Shown one piece after another: positions 1-17,150 of a stretch of DNA of 64,000 bases. Each line of letters starts with the position of its first letter. The stretch's first letter is position 1. A program made the position numbers and the translations under genes. The notes under the pieces are model-generated. The model saw only the letters and a program-made list of their open reading frames with translations, had not been told where the DNA came from and searched no databases. The stretch comes from Eledone cirrhosa (Eukaryota): the NCBI GenBank assembly GCA_964016885.1, contig OZ024741.1, positions 218,612,001-218,676,000 on the forward strand. Direction: 5' to 3'.

Positions 1-1106
1 TGTGTCGTTCACGCACATTTACACTGCACATCCAACGGAGCATGCTTGCCTCATTTCTCTCCAGCCGTCGCATATCCTCTGCAGTTGCTGCCCATGTCTC
101 ACTACCATGCAGCATCGCGCTTCTCACACAGGCATCATACAACCGGCCTTTCGTACGCAGGGAGAAACCCTTCTTCGTCAACAGAGGAAGCAGCTCCCTA
201 AACTTCTTCCAACCCGTCATTATTCTAGATACTATGGCCTCGGAACACCCTCCTCCCATGCTAATCTGATCTCCTAGGTACCGGAAGCTATCCACCACTT
301 CTATAGCGCCCTCTTGCATTTGAAAAATGTGTCTATCAGTGCGACTTCTACTGTCTAATTTCCCTGTACATCTACTGCATATGTACTTCTCCCTACCTGT
401 TAGTTTGCCTGCTATCTCGCTACATCTCTTGTGTACCCAGGATCTGTATTGTGTGCATTTTATAGAATTTATGCCAGTTCCTTTTCTGCATATCGAACAT
501 GGCCATTTCTCTGACGGAATCAGGGTTTTGTCCTCTTTTCTACTCATCAATACTTTTGTCTTAGCTAGATTCACTCTCAGTCCTCTTGCTTCCAACTGCT
601 GTTTCCATAGCCAGAATTTATTCTCTAGCTCCTCTACTGATTCTGCTATAAGAACCAGATCGAGAAGTTCCCATGGACAGCCAGTCTTAAACTCCTCTGT
701 TATGGCTTGGAGGACTATAATGAACAAGAGCGGGCTGAGGACCGAAGCCTGATATACTCCTACTTGTATCTGGAATTCCTCACTAAACTCCATTCCTACC
801 CTGACTTTACTGAGAGTACCTCTGTACAAAGTTTGCACTGTCCTCACAAGCCATTCCTCAACACCTAGCTTCCTTAGGGACCACCAGATGACAGATCGGG
901 GTACCCTATCAAAGGCCTTCTCTAGGTCAACAAAGGCTAAGTATAGTGGCTTATTCTTCTCTAAGAACCTCTCTTGCATTTGTCTCACCAAGAAGAGGGC
1001 ATCTGTTGTACCCTTCCCAGGCACAACACCAAACTGCATCTCATCTAGTTTGACCCTTATTTTAATTAGTTGTGCTAAAATCCTTTCTGCCACTTTCATA
1101 ACCTGA
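1..1106 (-). mobile_element. Degraded RTE-clade LINE fragment (RT domain to C-terminal region), running off the window start
   Basis: The reverse complement matches the RTE copies at 50778-52975 and 19356-21819, including the AFVDLEKAFDRVPR and GCPWELL regions and the Cys-rich finger. The YADD segment is deleted near 660. It abuts (TA)n at 1108. Confidence 0.9.
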
Positions 1107-1127
1107 GTATATATATATATGTGTGTG

Positions 1128-1268
1128 GAGGCACATGGCTTAGTGGTTAGAGCATTGGGCTTGCAATTGAAAGGTTGTGAGTTCAATTCTTAGACCGGGT
1201 GATGTGTTGTTTCCTTGAGAAAGACACTTTATTTCACATTGTTCCAGTTTACTCAGCTGTAGAAATGC
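1128..1268 (+). mobile_element. tRNA-derived SINE with CORE-like central domain
   Basis: A-box-like TGGCTTAGTGG and B-box-like GAGTTCAATTC, followed by CCTTGAGAAAGACACT (CORE-like). Similar copies at about 39725-39842 and 61790-61870. Confidence 0.7.
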
Positions 1269-1419
1269 AGTGGAATGATAGGGACCCCAGTCCCTTTCAT
1301 TCCACTGCAGGAAAATCACCCAGACCACACTGTGAAATCGACGTGTAGGTGCCACGGCAAAAAAGCAGCCAGCACTCACTGTAAATGAGGTTGGTGTTAG
1401 GAAGGTCATCATATATAAG

Positions 1420-1549
1420 TTTATCCCGGGTTCAATCGAGGGTAAGCACAGTAAGTAAGGTACTCAATACATATTTAATATAGAAAGGCTTCCTAATGAT
1501 TTCTCTCGAATGAAACAGTTCTATTCCTGTAGAAGCCTTTCTATATTAA

Positions 1550-1550
<1 letters not shown>
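1420..1550. mobile_element. Penelope-like 3'-end fold-back remnant with a hammerhead-like fold
   Basis: A perfect 19-bp inverted repeat (1474-1492 / 1532-1550) encloses CTAATGA-TTTC..GAAT-GAAACAG..CTGT-A. The tail carries GTACTCAATAC. Same family as 53365-53575 and about 46514-46560. Confidence 0.65.
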
Positions 1551-1585
<35 letters not shown>

Positions 1586-1629
1586 TTGTATGTATAAAGC
1601 AGTATCTGTGTGTATATGATATCATTAGT

Positions 1630-1822
1630 AATAATTATTTCTACTCTTGGCACAAAGCCAGCAGTTATCCCATTGTATTACTGGTACTTTATATTATCAA
1701 CCCCGTAAGGATGAAAGGCAAAGTAAAGCTCGGCGGGATTTGAACTAAGATCATAAAGGGCCGTAACTCTATGCTTCAAAACATGGGGTCCGACCCTCTA
1801 CCGATACTGCCAATCCACCTCC
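1630..1822 (-). mobile_element. tRNA-derived SINE with Nin/Deu-like domain
   Basis: Reverse complement of the family seen at 27903-28092 and 31528-31720 (GAGTTCAAATCCCGCCGAGG..GCCTTTCATCCTTACGGGGTCGATAAAATAAAGTACCAG). Confidence 0.8.
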
Positions 1823-2084
1823 CATTAGTAATAATATCAGTAGAAATCATGCTGCGTTATTTTACATTCGTAAAAAAGTTTGATATTTCCACTGTGGAGT
1901 ACACGTTAACTGAGTTTACTGTAAATATTTACGGATTGTGCACACATCTTGAGCTTGAAATCTTCTTGACATTTCTCGATTAAGCAGATTTCTCAGCTTA
2001 TTTAACTTTGTAATACCACCAACAGTACTAACATTATAACACCACCACTGCCAATAGCATTATTACTCAACTCCTCAATCGCAT

Positions 2085-5000
2085 ACCACCACCACCAGCA
2101 CCACCACCATCACCACATCCTCAATCAGATTTAACACCATCACCACCATCACCACCATATCCTCAATCGCATATAACATCATCACCACCACCGCCACCTC
2201 CTCAATTGCATATACTACCCCTCCACATACTCAATGGCATATACCAGCACCACCAGCACCACCACCACCACATCCTCATTTGTATATGCTACCACCATTA
2301 TCACCACCACCACATCAATCACTACCACCAACATCACCTACATTACCACTACCACCACCATCACCTCCATTATCACTACCACCACCATCACCTACATTAT
2401 CACTACCACCACATTCACCTACATTACCACTCCCACCACCATCACCTACATTATCTCTACCACCACCCTCACCACCACCATCACCTACATTATCACTACC
2501 ACCACCATCACCACCACCATCACCTACATTATCACTCCCACCACCATCACCTACATTATCACTACCACCACCATCACCTACATTACCACTACCACCAACA
2601 TCATCTACAATATCACTACCACCATCATCACCTACATTATCACTACCACCACATTCACCTACATTACCACTACCACCACCATCACCTACATTACCACTAC
2701 CACCACCATCACCTACATTACCACTACCACCACCATCACCTACATCATCACTACCACTACCATCACCACCACCATCACCTACGTTATCACTACCACCACC
2801 ATCACCACCACCATCACCTACATTATCACTCCCACCACCATCACCTACATTATCACTCCCACCACCATCACCTACATTATCACTACCACCACCATCACAT
2901 ACATTATCACTACCACCAACATCACCTGCATTACCACAACCACCACCATCACCTACATTATCACGAACCACCACCATCACCACCACAATCACCTACATTA
3001 CGACTACCACCACCATCACCTACAATATCGCTACCACCACCATCTTCTACATTACCACTACCCTCACCATCACCTATATTATCACTACCACCACTACCAC
3101 CACCATCACCTATATTATCACTACCACCACCACCACCTACATTACCACTACCACCACCATCACCTACATTATCACTACCAACACCATAACCTACATTACC
3201 ACTACCACCACCATCACCTACATTACCACCACCACCACCATCACCTACATTACCACTACCACTACAATCACCTACATTACCACTACCACCACCATCACCT
3301 GCATTACCACTACCACCACCATCACCTACATTACCACCACCACCACCATCACCTACATTATCACTACCACCACCATCACCTACATTATCACTACCACCTC
3401 CTACATTATCACTACCACCACTATCACCACCACAATCACCTACATTACCACTACCACCACCATCAACTACATTACAACCATCACCACCATCACCTATTTT
3501 ACCACTACCACCACCATCACCTATATTACCACTACCACCACCATCACCTACATTACCACTACCACCACCATCACTACATTACCACTACCACCACCATCAC
3601 CTCCATTATCACTACCACCAACATCACCTACATTGTTACTACCACCACCATCACCTACATTATCACTACCACCACCATCACCTACATTAAATCTACCACC
3701 ACCATCACCTACATTATCACTACCACCACCATCACCTACATTGTTACTACCACCACCATCACCTACAGTACCACTACCACCACCATCACCTACATTACCA
3801 CTACCACCACCATCACCTACATTACCACTACCACCACCATCACCTACATTACCACTACCACCACCATCACATACATTACCACTACCATCACCATCACCAC
3901 CACAATCACCTAAATTACGACTACCACCACCATCACCTACATTATCACTACCACCACCATCTCCTAAATTACCACTACCCTCACCATCACCTATATTATC
4001 ACTACCACCACCATCACCTACATTATCACTACCAACACCATCACCACCACAATCACCTACATTACGACTACCACCACCATCACCTACATTATCACTACCA
4101 CCACCATCTCCTAAATTACCACTACCCTCACCATCACCTACATTACCATTACCATCACCATCACCTACATTACCACAATCACCACCATCACCAGTACAAT
4201 CACCTACATTACCACTACCACCACCATCCCCTACATTATCACTACCACCACCATCACCTACATTACCAGTACCATCACCATCACCTACATTACCACTACA
4301 ACCACCATCACCTACATTACCACTACCACCACCATCACCTACATTACCACCATTACCACCATCACCACCACGATCACCTACATTATCACTACCACCACCA
4401 TCACCTACATTACCACTACCCTCACCATCACCTATATTACCACTACCACCACCATCCCCTACATTATCACTACCAACACCATCACCTACATTACCACTAC
4501 CACCACCATCACCTATATTACCCCTACCACTACAATCACCTACATTACCACTACCACCACCTACACCTGCATTACCACTACCACCACCATCACCTACATT
4601 ACCACCACCACCACCACCAACTACATTACCACTACCACCACCATCACCTACATTATCACTACCACCACCATCACCTGCATTATCACTACCACCAACATCA
4701 CCTACATTACCACTACCATCACCTACATTACCACTATCAACACAATTACCTACATTATCCCTACCACCACCATCACCTACATTACCACTACCACCACCAT
4801 CTCCTACATTACCACTACCACCACTATCACCACCACAATCACCTACATTACCACTACCACCACCATCAAGTACATTACCACTACCATCACCATCACCTAC
4901 ATTACCACAATCACCACCATCACCAGTACAACCACCTACATTACCACTACCACCACCATCCCCTACATTATCACTACCACCTCCATCAACTACATTACCA

Positions 5001-8000
5001 CTATCATCACCATCACCTACATTACCACTACAACCACCATCACCTACATTACCACTACCATCACCATCACCTACATTACCACCATTACAACCATCACCAC
5101 CACCATCACCAAAATTATCATTACAACCACCATCTCCTACATTACCACTACACTCACCATCACCTATATTATCACTACCACCACCACGACCTACATTACC
5201 ACTACCACCACCATCACCTACATTGTCACTACCAACACCATCACCTACATTACCACCACCATCACCTATATTACCACTACCACTACAATCACCTACGTTA
5301 CCACTACCACCACCATCACCTGCATTATCACTACCACCACCATCACCTACATTACCACCACCACCACCATCACCTACATTACCACTACCACCACAATCAC
5401 CTACATTATCACTACCACCAACATCACCTACATTACCACTACCATCACCATCACCTACATTACCACTACAACCACCATCACCTACATTACCACTACCACC
5501 ACCATCACCTACATTACCACCATTACCACCATCACCACCACCATCACCTACATTATCACTACCACCACCATCTCCTACATTACCACTACCCTCACCATCA
5601 CCTATATTATCACTACCACCACCTACATTACCACTACCACCACCATCACCTGCATTACCACTACCACCACCATCACCTACATTACCACCACCACCACCAT
5701 CACCTACATTACCACCACCACCACCATCACCTACATTACCACTACCACCACAATCACCTACATTATCACTACCACAACCATCACCTACATTATCACTACC
5801 ACCAACATCACCTACATTACCACTACCACCACCAGCACCTACATTACCACTACCACCACCATCACCTACATTACCACCACCACCACCATCAACTACATTA
5901 CCACTATCACCACCATCTCCTACATTACCACTATCAACACAATTACCTACATTACCACTACCACCACCATTACCTACATTACCACTACCACCACCATCAC
6001 CTACATTATCCTTACCCCCACCATCACCTACATTACCACTACCACCACCATTACCTACATTATCACTACCACCACCATCACCTACATTATCAGTACCACC
6101 ACCATCACCTACATTATCACTACCTCCACCTACATTATCACTACCACCACAATCACCTACATTACCACTACCACCACCATCAACTACATTATCACTACTG
6201 CCAAAATCACCTACATTACCACCATCACCACCATCACCACCACCATCACCTATTTTACCACTACCACCACCATCACCTATATTACCACTACCAGCACGAT
6301 CACCTACATTGTCACTACCAGCACCATCACCTACATTATCACTACCACCACCATCCCCTACATCATCACTACCACCACCATCACCTTCATTACCACTACC
6401 ATCACCATCGCCTACATTACCACTACAACCACCATCACCTACATTACCACTACCACCACCATCACCTATTTTACCACTACCACCACCATCACCTATATTA
6501 CCACTACCAGCACCATCACCTATATTACCACTACCACCACCATCACCTACATTATCACTACCAACACCATCACCTACATTATCACTACCACCACCATCAC
6601 CTACATTGTTACTACCACCACCATCACCTACATTACCACTACCACCACCATCACATACATTACCACTACCACCACCATCACCACCACAATCACCTACATT
6701 ACCACTACCACCACCATCACTACATTACCACTACCACCACCATGACCTACATTATCACTACCACCAACATCACCCACATTATCACTACCACCACCATCAC
6801 CTACAGTACCACTACCACCACCATCACCTACATTATCACTACCACCACCATCACCTACAGTACCACTACCACCACCATCACCTACATTATCACTACCACC
6901 ACCATCACTAAAATTACCACTACCACCACCATCACCTTCATTACCACTATCAACACAATCACCTACATTATCACTACCACCACCATCACCTACATTACCA
7001 CTACCAACACCATCACCACCACAATCACCTACATTAGCACTACCACCACAATCACCTACATTACCACTCCCACCAACATCACCTACGTTACCACTACCAC
7101 CACCATCACCTACGTTACCCCTACCACCACCATCACCTACCATACCACTACCACCACCATCACCTACATTACCACTACCACCACCATCACCTACCTTACC
7201 ACTACCACCACCATCACCTACATTATCACAACCACCACCATCACCTACATTATCACTACCACCACCATCACCTACATTACCACTACCACCACCATCACCT
7301 ACATTACCACTACCACCACCATCACCTACCTTACCACTACCACCACCATCACCTACATTACCACTACCACCACCATCACCTACATTATCACTACCACCAC
7401 CATCACCTACATTACCACTACCACACCCATCACCTACCTTACCACTACCACCACCATCACCTACATTACCACTACCACCACCATCACCTACATTACCACT
7501 ACAACCACCATTACCACCACAGTCACCTACATTACCACTACCACCACCATCACATACATTACCACTACCACCACCACAATCACCTACATTACCACTATCA
7601 ACACAATCACCTACATAATCACTACCACCACCCTCACCTACATTATCACTACCACCACCATCACCTACATTATAACTACCACCACCATCACCTACATTAT
7701 CACTACCACCACCATCACCTTCATTACCACTACCAACGCCATCACCTACATTTCCACTACCACCACCATCACCTACATTATCACTACTACCACCATCACC
7801 TACATTATCACTACCACCATCACCTACATTATCACTACCATCACCATCACCTACATTACCACTACCACCACCATCACCTACAGTACCACTACTACCACCA
7901 TCACCTACATTACCAATAACACCACCATCACCTACGTTACCACTGCCACCACCATCACCTACATTATCACTACCACCACCATCTCCTACATTAAACTACC

Positions 8001-11000
8001 ACCACCATCAACTACATTACCACTACTACCACCATCAGCTACATTATCACTACCACCACCATCACCTACATTATCACTACCACCACCATCACCTACATTA
8101 TCACTACCACCACCATCACCTACATTGTTACTACCACCACCATCTCCTACATTACCACTACCACCACCATCACATACATTTCGACTACCACCACCATCAC
8201 CACCACAATAACATACATTACCACTACCACCACCATCACTACATTACCACTACCACCACCATCACCTACATTATCACTACCACCAACATCCCCTATATTA
8301 TCACTACCACCAACATCACCCACATTATCACTACCACCACCATCACCTACATTACCACAACCACCACCTTCACTACATTACCACTACCACCACGATCACC
8401 TACATTACCACTACCACCACATCACCTACATTATCACCACCACCACCATCACCTACATTATCACTACCACCACAATCACCTACATTACCACTACCACCAC
8501 CATCACCTACATTATCACTACCACCAACAATACCTACATTACCACTACCACCACCATATCCTACATTACCACTACTATCACCATCACCTACATTACCACT
8601 ACCACCACCATCACCTACATTATCACTACCACCACATCACCTACATTACCACTACCACCACCATTACCTACATTATCACTACCACCACATCACCTACATT
8701 ACCACTACCACCACCATGACTACATTACCACTACCACCACCATCACCTACATTACCACTACCACCACCATCACCTACATTACCACTACCACCACCATCAC
8801 CTACATTACCACTACCACCACCATCACCTATATTACAACTACCACCAACATCAACTACATTACCACTATCAACACAATCACCTACATTATCACTACCACC
8901 ACCATTACCTAGATTATCACTACCACCACCATCACCTACATTATCACTGCCACCACCATCACCTACATTATCACTACCACCACCATCACCTACATTATCA
9001 CTACCACCACCATCACCTACATTATCACTACCACGACCATGACCTTCATTAGCACTACCACCACCACCATCACCTACATTACCACTACCACCAGCATCAT
9101 CTACATTACCACTATCAACACAATCACCTACATTATCACTACCACCACCATGACCTAGATTATCACTACCACCACAATCACCTACATTATCACTACCACC
9201 ACCATCACCTACATTATCAATACCACCATCACCTATATTATCACTACCATCACCATCACCTACATTACCACTACCACCACCATCACCTACATTACCACTA
9301 CTACCACCATCACCTACATCCAACATTACCTACATTAACACTACCACCACCATCACCTACATTATCACTACCACCTACATCACCTACATTATCACTACCA
9401 CCACCATCAGCTACATTACCACTACCACCACATCACCTACATTACCGCTACCACCACCATCACTACATTACCACTACCACCACCATCACCTACATTACCA
9501 CTACCACCACATCACCTACATTATCACTACCAACACCATCACCTACGTTATCACTACCACCACATCACCTACATTACCACTACCACCACATCACCTACAT
9601 TACCACTACCACCACATCACCTACATTACCACTATCAACACAATTACCTACATTATCACTACCACCACCATCACCTACATTGTTACTACCACCAACATCA
9701 GCTACATTACCACTACCACCACATCACCTACATTACCACTACCACCACAATCATATACATTACCACTACCACCACCATCACCAACACAATCACCTACATT
9801 ACCACTACCACCACCATCACTACATTACCACTACCACCACCATCACCTCCATTATCACTACCACCACCATCACCTCCATTACCACTACCACCAACATCAC
9901 CTACATTATCACTACCACCAACATCACCTACATTACCACTACCACCACCATCACCTACATTACCACTATCAACACAATTACCTACATTACCACTACCACC
10001 ACCATCACCTACATTACCACTACCACCACCATCACCTACATTACCACTATCAACACAATTACCTACATTACCACTACAACCACCATCACCTACATTACCA
10101 CTACCACCACCATCACCTACATTACCACCATTACCACCATCACCACCACTATCACCTACATTATCACTACCACCACCATCTCCTACATTACCACTACCCT
10201 CACCATCACCTATATTATCACTACCACCACCACCACCTACATTACCACTACCACCACATCACCTACATTACCACTACCACCACCATCACCTACATTACCA
10301 CTATCAACACAATTACCTACATTACCACTACGACCACCATTACCTACATTATCACTACCACCAACATCACCTACATTATCACTACCACCACCATCACCTA
10401 CATTATCACTACCACCACCATCACCTACATTATCACTACCACCACCATCACCTACATTGTTACTACCACCACCATCTCCTACATTACCACTACCACCACC
10501 ATCACATACATTTCGACTACCACCACCATCACCACCACAATAACATACATTACCACTACCAACACCATCACTACATTACCACTACCACCACCATCACCTA
10601 CATTATCACTACCACCAACATCCCCTATATTATCACTACCACCAACATCACCCACATTATCACTACCACCACCATCACCTACATTACCACAACCACCACC
10701 TTCACTACATTACCACTACCACCACGATCACCTACATTACCACTACCACCACATCACCTACATTATCACCACCACCACCATCACCTACATTATCACTACC
10801 ACCACAATCACCTACATTACCACTACCACCACCATCACCTACATTATCACTACCACCAACAATACCTACATTACCACTACCACCACCATATCCTACATTA
10901 CCACTACTATCACCATCACCTACATTACCACTACCACCACCATCACCTACATTATCACTACCACCACATCACCTACATTACCACTACCACCACCATTACC

Positions 11001-14000
11001 TACATTATCACTACCACCACATCACCTACATTACCACTACCACCACCATGACTACATTACCACTACCACCACCATCACCTACATTACCACTACCACCACC
11101 ATCACCTACATTACCACTACCACCACCATCACCTACATTACCACTACCACCACCATCACCTATATTACAACTACCACCAACATCAACTACATTACCACTA
11201 TCAACACAATCACCTACATTATCACTACCACCACCATTACCTAGATTATCACTACCACCACCATCACCTACATTATCACTGCCACCACCATCACCTACAT
11301 TATCACTACCACCACCATCACCTACATTATCACTACCACCACCATCACCTACATTATCACTACCACGACCATGACCTTCATTAGCACTACCACCACCACC
11401 ATCACCTACATTACCACTACCACCAGCATCATCTACATTACCACTATCAACACAATCACCTACATTATCACTACCACCACCATTACCTAGATTATCACTA
11501 CCACCACAATCACCTACATTATCACTACCACCACCATCACCTACATTATCAATACCACCATCACCTATATTATCACTACCATCACCATCACCTACATTAC
11601 CACTACCACCACCATCACCTACATTACCACTACTACCACCATCACCTACATCCAACATTACCTACATTAACACTACCACCACCATCACCTACATTATCAC
11701 TACCACCTACATCACCTACATTATCACTACCACCACCATCAGCTACATTACCACTACCACCACATCACCTACATTACCGCTACCACCACCATCACTACAT
11801 TACCACTACCACCACCATCACCTACATTACCACTACCACCACATCACCTACATTATCACTACCAACACCATCACCTACGTTATCACTACCACCACATCAC
11901 CTACATTACCACTACCACCACATCACCTACATTACCACTCTCACCACCATCACTACATTACCACTACCACCACCATCACCTACATTACCACTACCACCAC
12001 ATCACCTACATTATCACTACCAACACCATCACCTACGTTATCACTACCACCACATCACCTATATTACCACTACCACCACATCACCTACATTACCACTATC
12101 AACACAATTACCTACATTATCACTACCACCACCATCACCTACATTGTTACTACCACCAACATCAGCTACATTACCACTACCACCACATCACCTACATTAC
12201 CACTACCACCACAATCATATACATTACCACTACCACCACCATCACCAACACAATCACCTACATTACCACTACCACCACCATCACTACATTACCACTACCA
12301 CCACCATCACCTCCATTATCACTACCACCAACATCACCTACATTATCACTACCACCAACATCACCTACATTACCACTACCACGACCATCACCTACATTAC
12401 CACTACCACCACCATCACCTACATTACCACTATCAACACAATTACCTACATTACCACTACAACCACCATCACCTACATTACCACTACCACCACCATCACC
12501 TACATTACCACTATCAACACAATTACCTACATTACCACTACAACCACCATCACCTACATTACCACTACCACCACCATCACCTACATTACCACTACCACCA
12601 CCATCACCTACATTACCACCATTACCACCATCACCACCACTATCACCTACATTATCACTACCACCACCATCTCCTACATTACCACTACCCTCACCATCAC
12701 CTATATTATCACTACCACCACCACCACCTACATTACCACTACCACCACATCACCTACATTACCACTACCACCACCATCACCTACATTACCACTATCAACA
12801 CAATTACCTACATTACCACTACCACCACCATTACCTACATTATCACTACCACCAACATCACCTACATTATCACTACCACCACCATCACCTACATTACCAC
12901 TATCACCACATCACCTACATTACCACTACCACCACCATCACCTACATTACCACTATCAACACAATTACCTACATTATCACTACCACCACCATCACCTACA
13001 TTACCACTACCACCAGCATTACCTACATTATCACTACCCCCAACATCACCTACATTACCACTACCACCACATCACCTACATTACCACTACCACCACCATC
13101 ACCTACATTACCACTACCACCACCATTACCTACATTATCACTACCACCAACATCACCTACATTACCACTACCACCACATCACCTACATTACCACTACCAC
13201 CACCATCCCCTACATTACCACTACCACCACATCACCTACAATACCATTATCACCACCATCACCTACATTACCACTATCAACGCAATTACCTACGTTATCA
13301 CTACCACCACCATTACCTACATTATCACTACCACCACCATCACCTGCATTATCACTACCACCAACATCACCTACATTATCACTACCACCACCATCAGCTA
13401 CATTACCACTACCACCACATCACCTACATTACCGCTACCACCACCATCACTACATTACCACTACCACCACCATCACCTACATTACCACTACCACCACATC
13501 ACCTACATTATCACTACCAACACCATCACCTACGTTACCACTACCACCACATCACCTACATTACCACTACCACCACATCACCTACATTACCACTATCACC
13601 ACCATCACCTACATTACCACTATCAACACAATTACCTACATTATCACTACCACCACCATCACCTACAAATTTTACTACCACCAACATCAGCTACATTACC
13701 ACTATCACCACATCACCTACATTACCACTACCACCACAATCATATACATTACCACTACCACCACCATCACCAACACAATCACCTACATTACCACTACCAC
13801 CACCATCACTACATTACCACTACCACCACCATCACCTCCATTATCACTACCACCAACATCACCTACATTATCACTACCACCAACATCACCTACATTACCA
13901 CTACCACGACCATCACCTACATTACCACTACCACCACCATCACCTACATTACCACTATCAACACAATTACCTACATTACCACTACCACCACCATTACCTA

Positions 14001-16655
14001 CATTATCACTACCACCAACATCACCTACATTATCACTACCACCACCATTACCTACATTATCACTACCACCAACATCACCTACATTATCACTACCACCACC
14101 ATCACCTACATTACCACTACCACCACATCACCTACATTACCACTACCACCACCATCACCTACATTACCACTATCAACACAATTACCTACATTACCACTAC
14201 CACCACCATTACCTACATTATCACTACCACCAACATCACCTACATTATCACTACCACCACCATTACCTACATTATCACTACCACCACCATCACCTACATT
14301 ACCACTACCACCACATCACCTACATTACCACTACCACCACCATCACCTACATTACCACTACCACCACCATTACCTACATTATCACTACCCCCAACATCAA
14401 CTACATTACCACTACCACCACATCACCTACATTACCACTACCACCACCATCACCTACATTACCACTATCAACACAATTACCTACATTATCACTACCACCA
14501 ACATCACCTACATTACCACTACCACCACATCACCTACATTACCACTACCACCACCATCACCTACATTATCACTACCAACACCATCACCTACATTATCACT
14601 TCCACCACCATCAGCTACATTACCACTACCACCACATCACCTACATTACCATTACCACCACCTTCACTACATCACCACTACCATCACCATCCCCTTCATA
14701 ACCACTACCACCACATCTCCTACATTACACTACCACCACCATCAACTACATTACCACTACTACCACCATCACATACATTACCACTACCACCACTATCACC
14801 TACGTTATCACCACCACCACCATCACCTACATTATCACTACCACCATTATCACCTACATTACCACTACCACCACCATCACCTTCATTACCACCATCACCA
14901 CCAACATTACCACTACCACTACCATCACCTATTTTACCACTACCACCACCACCACCTATATTACCACTACCACCACCATCACCTACATTATCACTACCAC
15001 CACCATCACCTACATTATCACTACCACCACCATCACCTACATTACCACTACCACCACCATCACCTACATTACCACTAGCAACACAATTACCTACATTATC
15101 ACTACCACCACCATTATCTACATTATCACCACCACCACCATCACCTACATTACCACTATCAACACAATTACCTACATTACCACTACCACCACCATCACCT
15201 ACATTACCACTATCAACACAATTACCTACATTACCACTACCACCACCATCACCTACATTACCACTATCAACACAATTACCTACATTATCACTACCACCAC
15301 CATCACCTACATTATCACTGCCACCAACATCCCCTACATTATCACTACCACCACAATTACCTACATTACCACTACCACCACATCAGCTACATTACCACTA
15401 CCACCACCATCACTACATTACCACTACCACCACCATCACCTCATTACCACTACCACCACATCACCTAAATTATCACTACCACCACCATCACTACATTACC
15501 ACTACCACCACCATCACCTCCATTATCACTACCACCACCATCACCTACATTATCACTACCACCACCATCACCTACATTACCACTACCACCACTATCACTA
15601 CCACCATCACCTACATTATCACTACCACCACCATAACATACATTACCACTACCACCACCATCACCAACACAATCACCTACATTACCACTACCACCACCAT
15701 CACCTACATTATCACTACCACCACCATCACCTACATTATCACTACCACCACCATCACATACATTACCACTACCACCACTATCACTACCACCATCACCTAC
15801 ATTATCACTACCACCACCATCACCTACATTACCACTACCACCACCATCACCTACATTACCACTACCACCACCATCACTACATTACCACTACCACCACCAT
15901 CACATACATTACCACTACCACCACCATCACTACATTACCACTACCACCACCATCACATACATTACCACTACCACCACCATCACATACATTACCACTACCA
16001 CCACCATCACCTACATTATCACTACCACCACCATCACTACATTACCACTACCACCACCATCACATACATTACCACTACCACCACCATCACTACATTACCA
16101 CTACCACCACCATCACTACATTACCACTACCACCACCATCACATACATTACCACTACCACCACCACCATCACATACATTATCACTACCACCACCATCACA
16201 TACATTACCACTACCACCACCATCACCTACATTATCACTACCACCATTATCACCTACATTACCACTACCACCACCATCACCTATATTACAACTACCACCA
16301 ACATCAACTACATTACCACTATCAACACAATCACCTACATTATCACTACCACCACCATTACCTAGATTATCACTACCACCACCATCACCTACCTTACCAC
16401 TACCACCACCATCACCTACATTATCACTACCACCACCATCACCTACATTATCACTACCACCACCATCACCTACATTACCACCATTACCACCATCACCACC
16501 ACCATCACCTACATTATCACTACCACCACCATCTCCTACATTACCACTACCCTCACCATCACCTACATTATCACTACCACCACCATCACCTACATTATCA
16601 CTACCACCACCATCACCTACATTATCACTACCACCACCATCACCAACATTATCAC
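2085..16655. repeat. About 14.5-kb minisatellite, 27-bp unit CCACCACCATCACCTACATTACCACTA with variants, intronic in the G-alpha gene
   Basis: Hundreds of near-identical 27-bp units; the + strand is almost G-free. It accounts for the long SPTLPLPPP / HHLHYHY / TTTITYI pseudo-ORFs. Internal higher-order duplication with a 2332-bp offset. Confidence 0.95.
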
Positions 16656-16812
16656 TTTACGTTCTGGGTTCAAATTCCATTGAGGTTAGCTTTGCCTTTC
16701 ATCCTTATGGAGTCGATAAAATAAAGTACCTGTAATGTACTGGGGACGATTTCAACAACTTACCCCACCCCCAAAATTGCTGGCTTTGTGCCTAAATCAG
16801 AAACCATTATTA
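16656..16812 (+). mobile_element. Nin/Deu-like SINE, 3' portion
   Basis: GGGTTCAAATTCC..GCCTTTCATCCTTATGGAGTCGATAAAATAAAGTACC..TGTGCCTAAATCAGAAACC. Confidence 0.75.
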
Positions 16813-16869
16813 AAGTCCAAATTTCTATTCCAGTATTCTTATATCATTATTCTATTCTCTTCCTTACAG

Positions 16870-17023
16870 AATAGCATGCAGGACAGTTTGCAAGCATTTA
16901 GTGATGTAGTCCATAACCGGTTTTTGGAAAATATGAACTTCATTCTGTTTCTAAACAAGGAAGATCTTTTCATTAGGAAATTAAAATTTACGAAGATGTC
17001 TAAAAATTTCCCTGATTACAGAG
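16870..17023 (+). CDS. Heterotrimeric G-protein alpha subunit (divergent, Gi/o-like), penultimate coding exon
   Basis: Acceptor ttctcttccttacag| and donor |gtaaat define a 154-bp exon encoding NSMQDSLQAFSDVVHNRFLENMNFILFLNKEDLFIRKLKFTKMSKNFPDYR. It contains the ILFLNKxDLF G4 box and matches the length and phase (0/1) of the homologous Gi/Gq exon beginning NRMxES. Confidence 0.93.
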
Positions 17024-17069
17024 GTAAATACTTTTACATGTATGCTTTATGTAGCCATGTCTTATGTTC

Positions 17070-17148
<79 letters not shown>

Positions 17149-17150
<2 letters not shown>

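Noticed and set aside
1128-1200. tRNA gene
   Set aside because: It has A/B boxes but continues into a SINE body, and no complete cloverleaf is evident.
2206-16724. Very long extensin-, mucin- or His-rich ORFs (up to 1543 aa)
   Set aside because: They are translations of a stop-poor 27-bp minisatellite. All three frames are open and swap at random indels, and there is no signal peptide or splice evidence.
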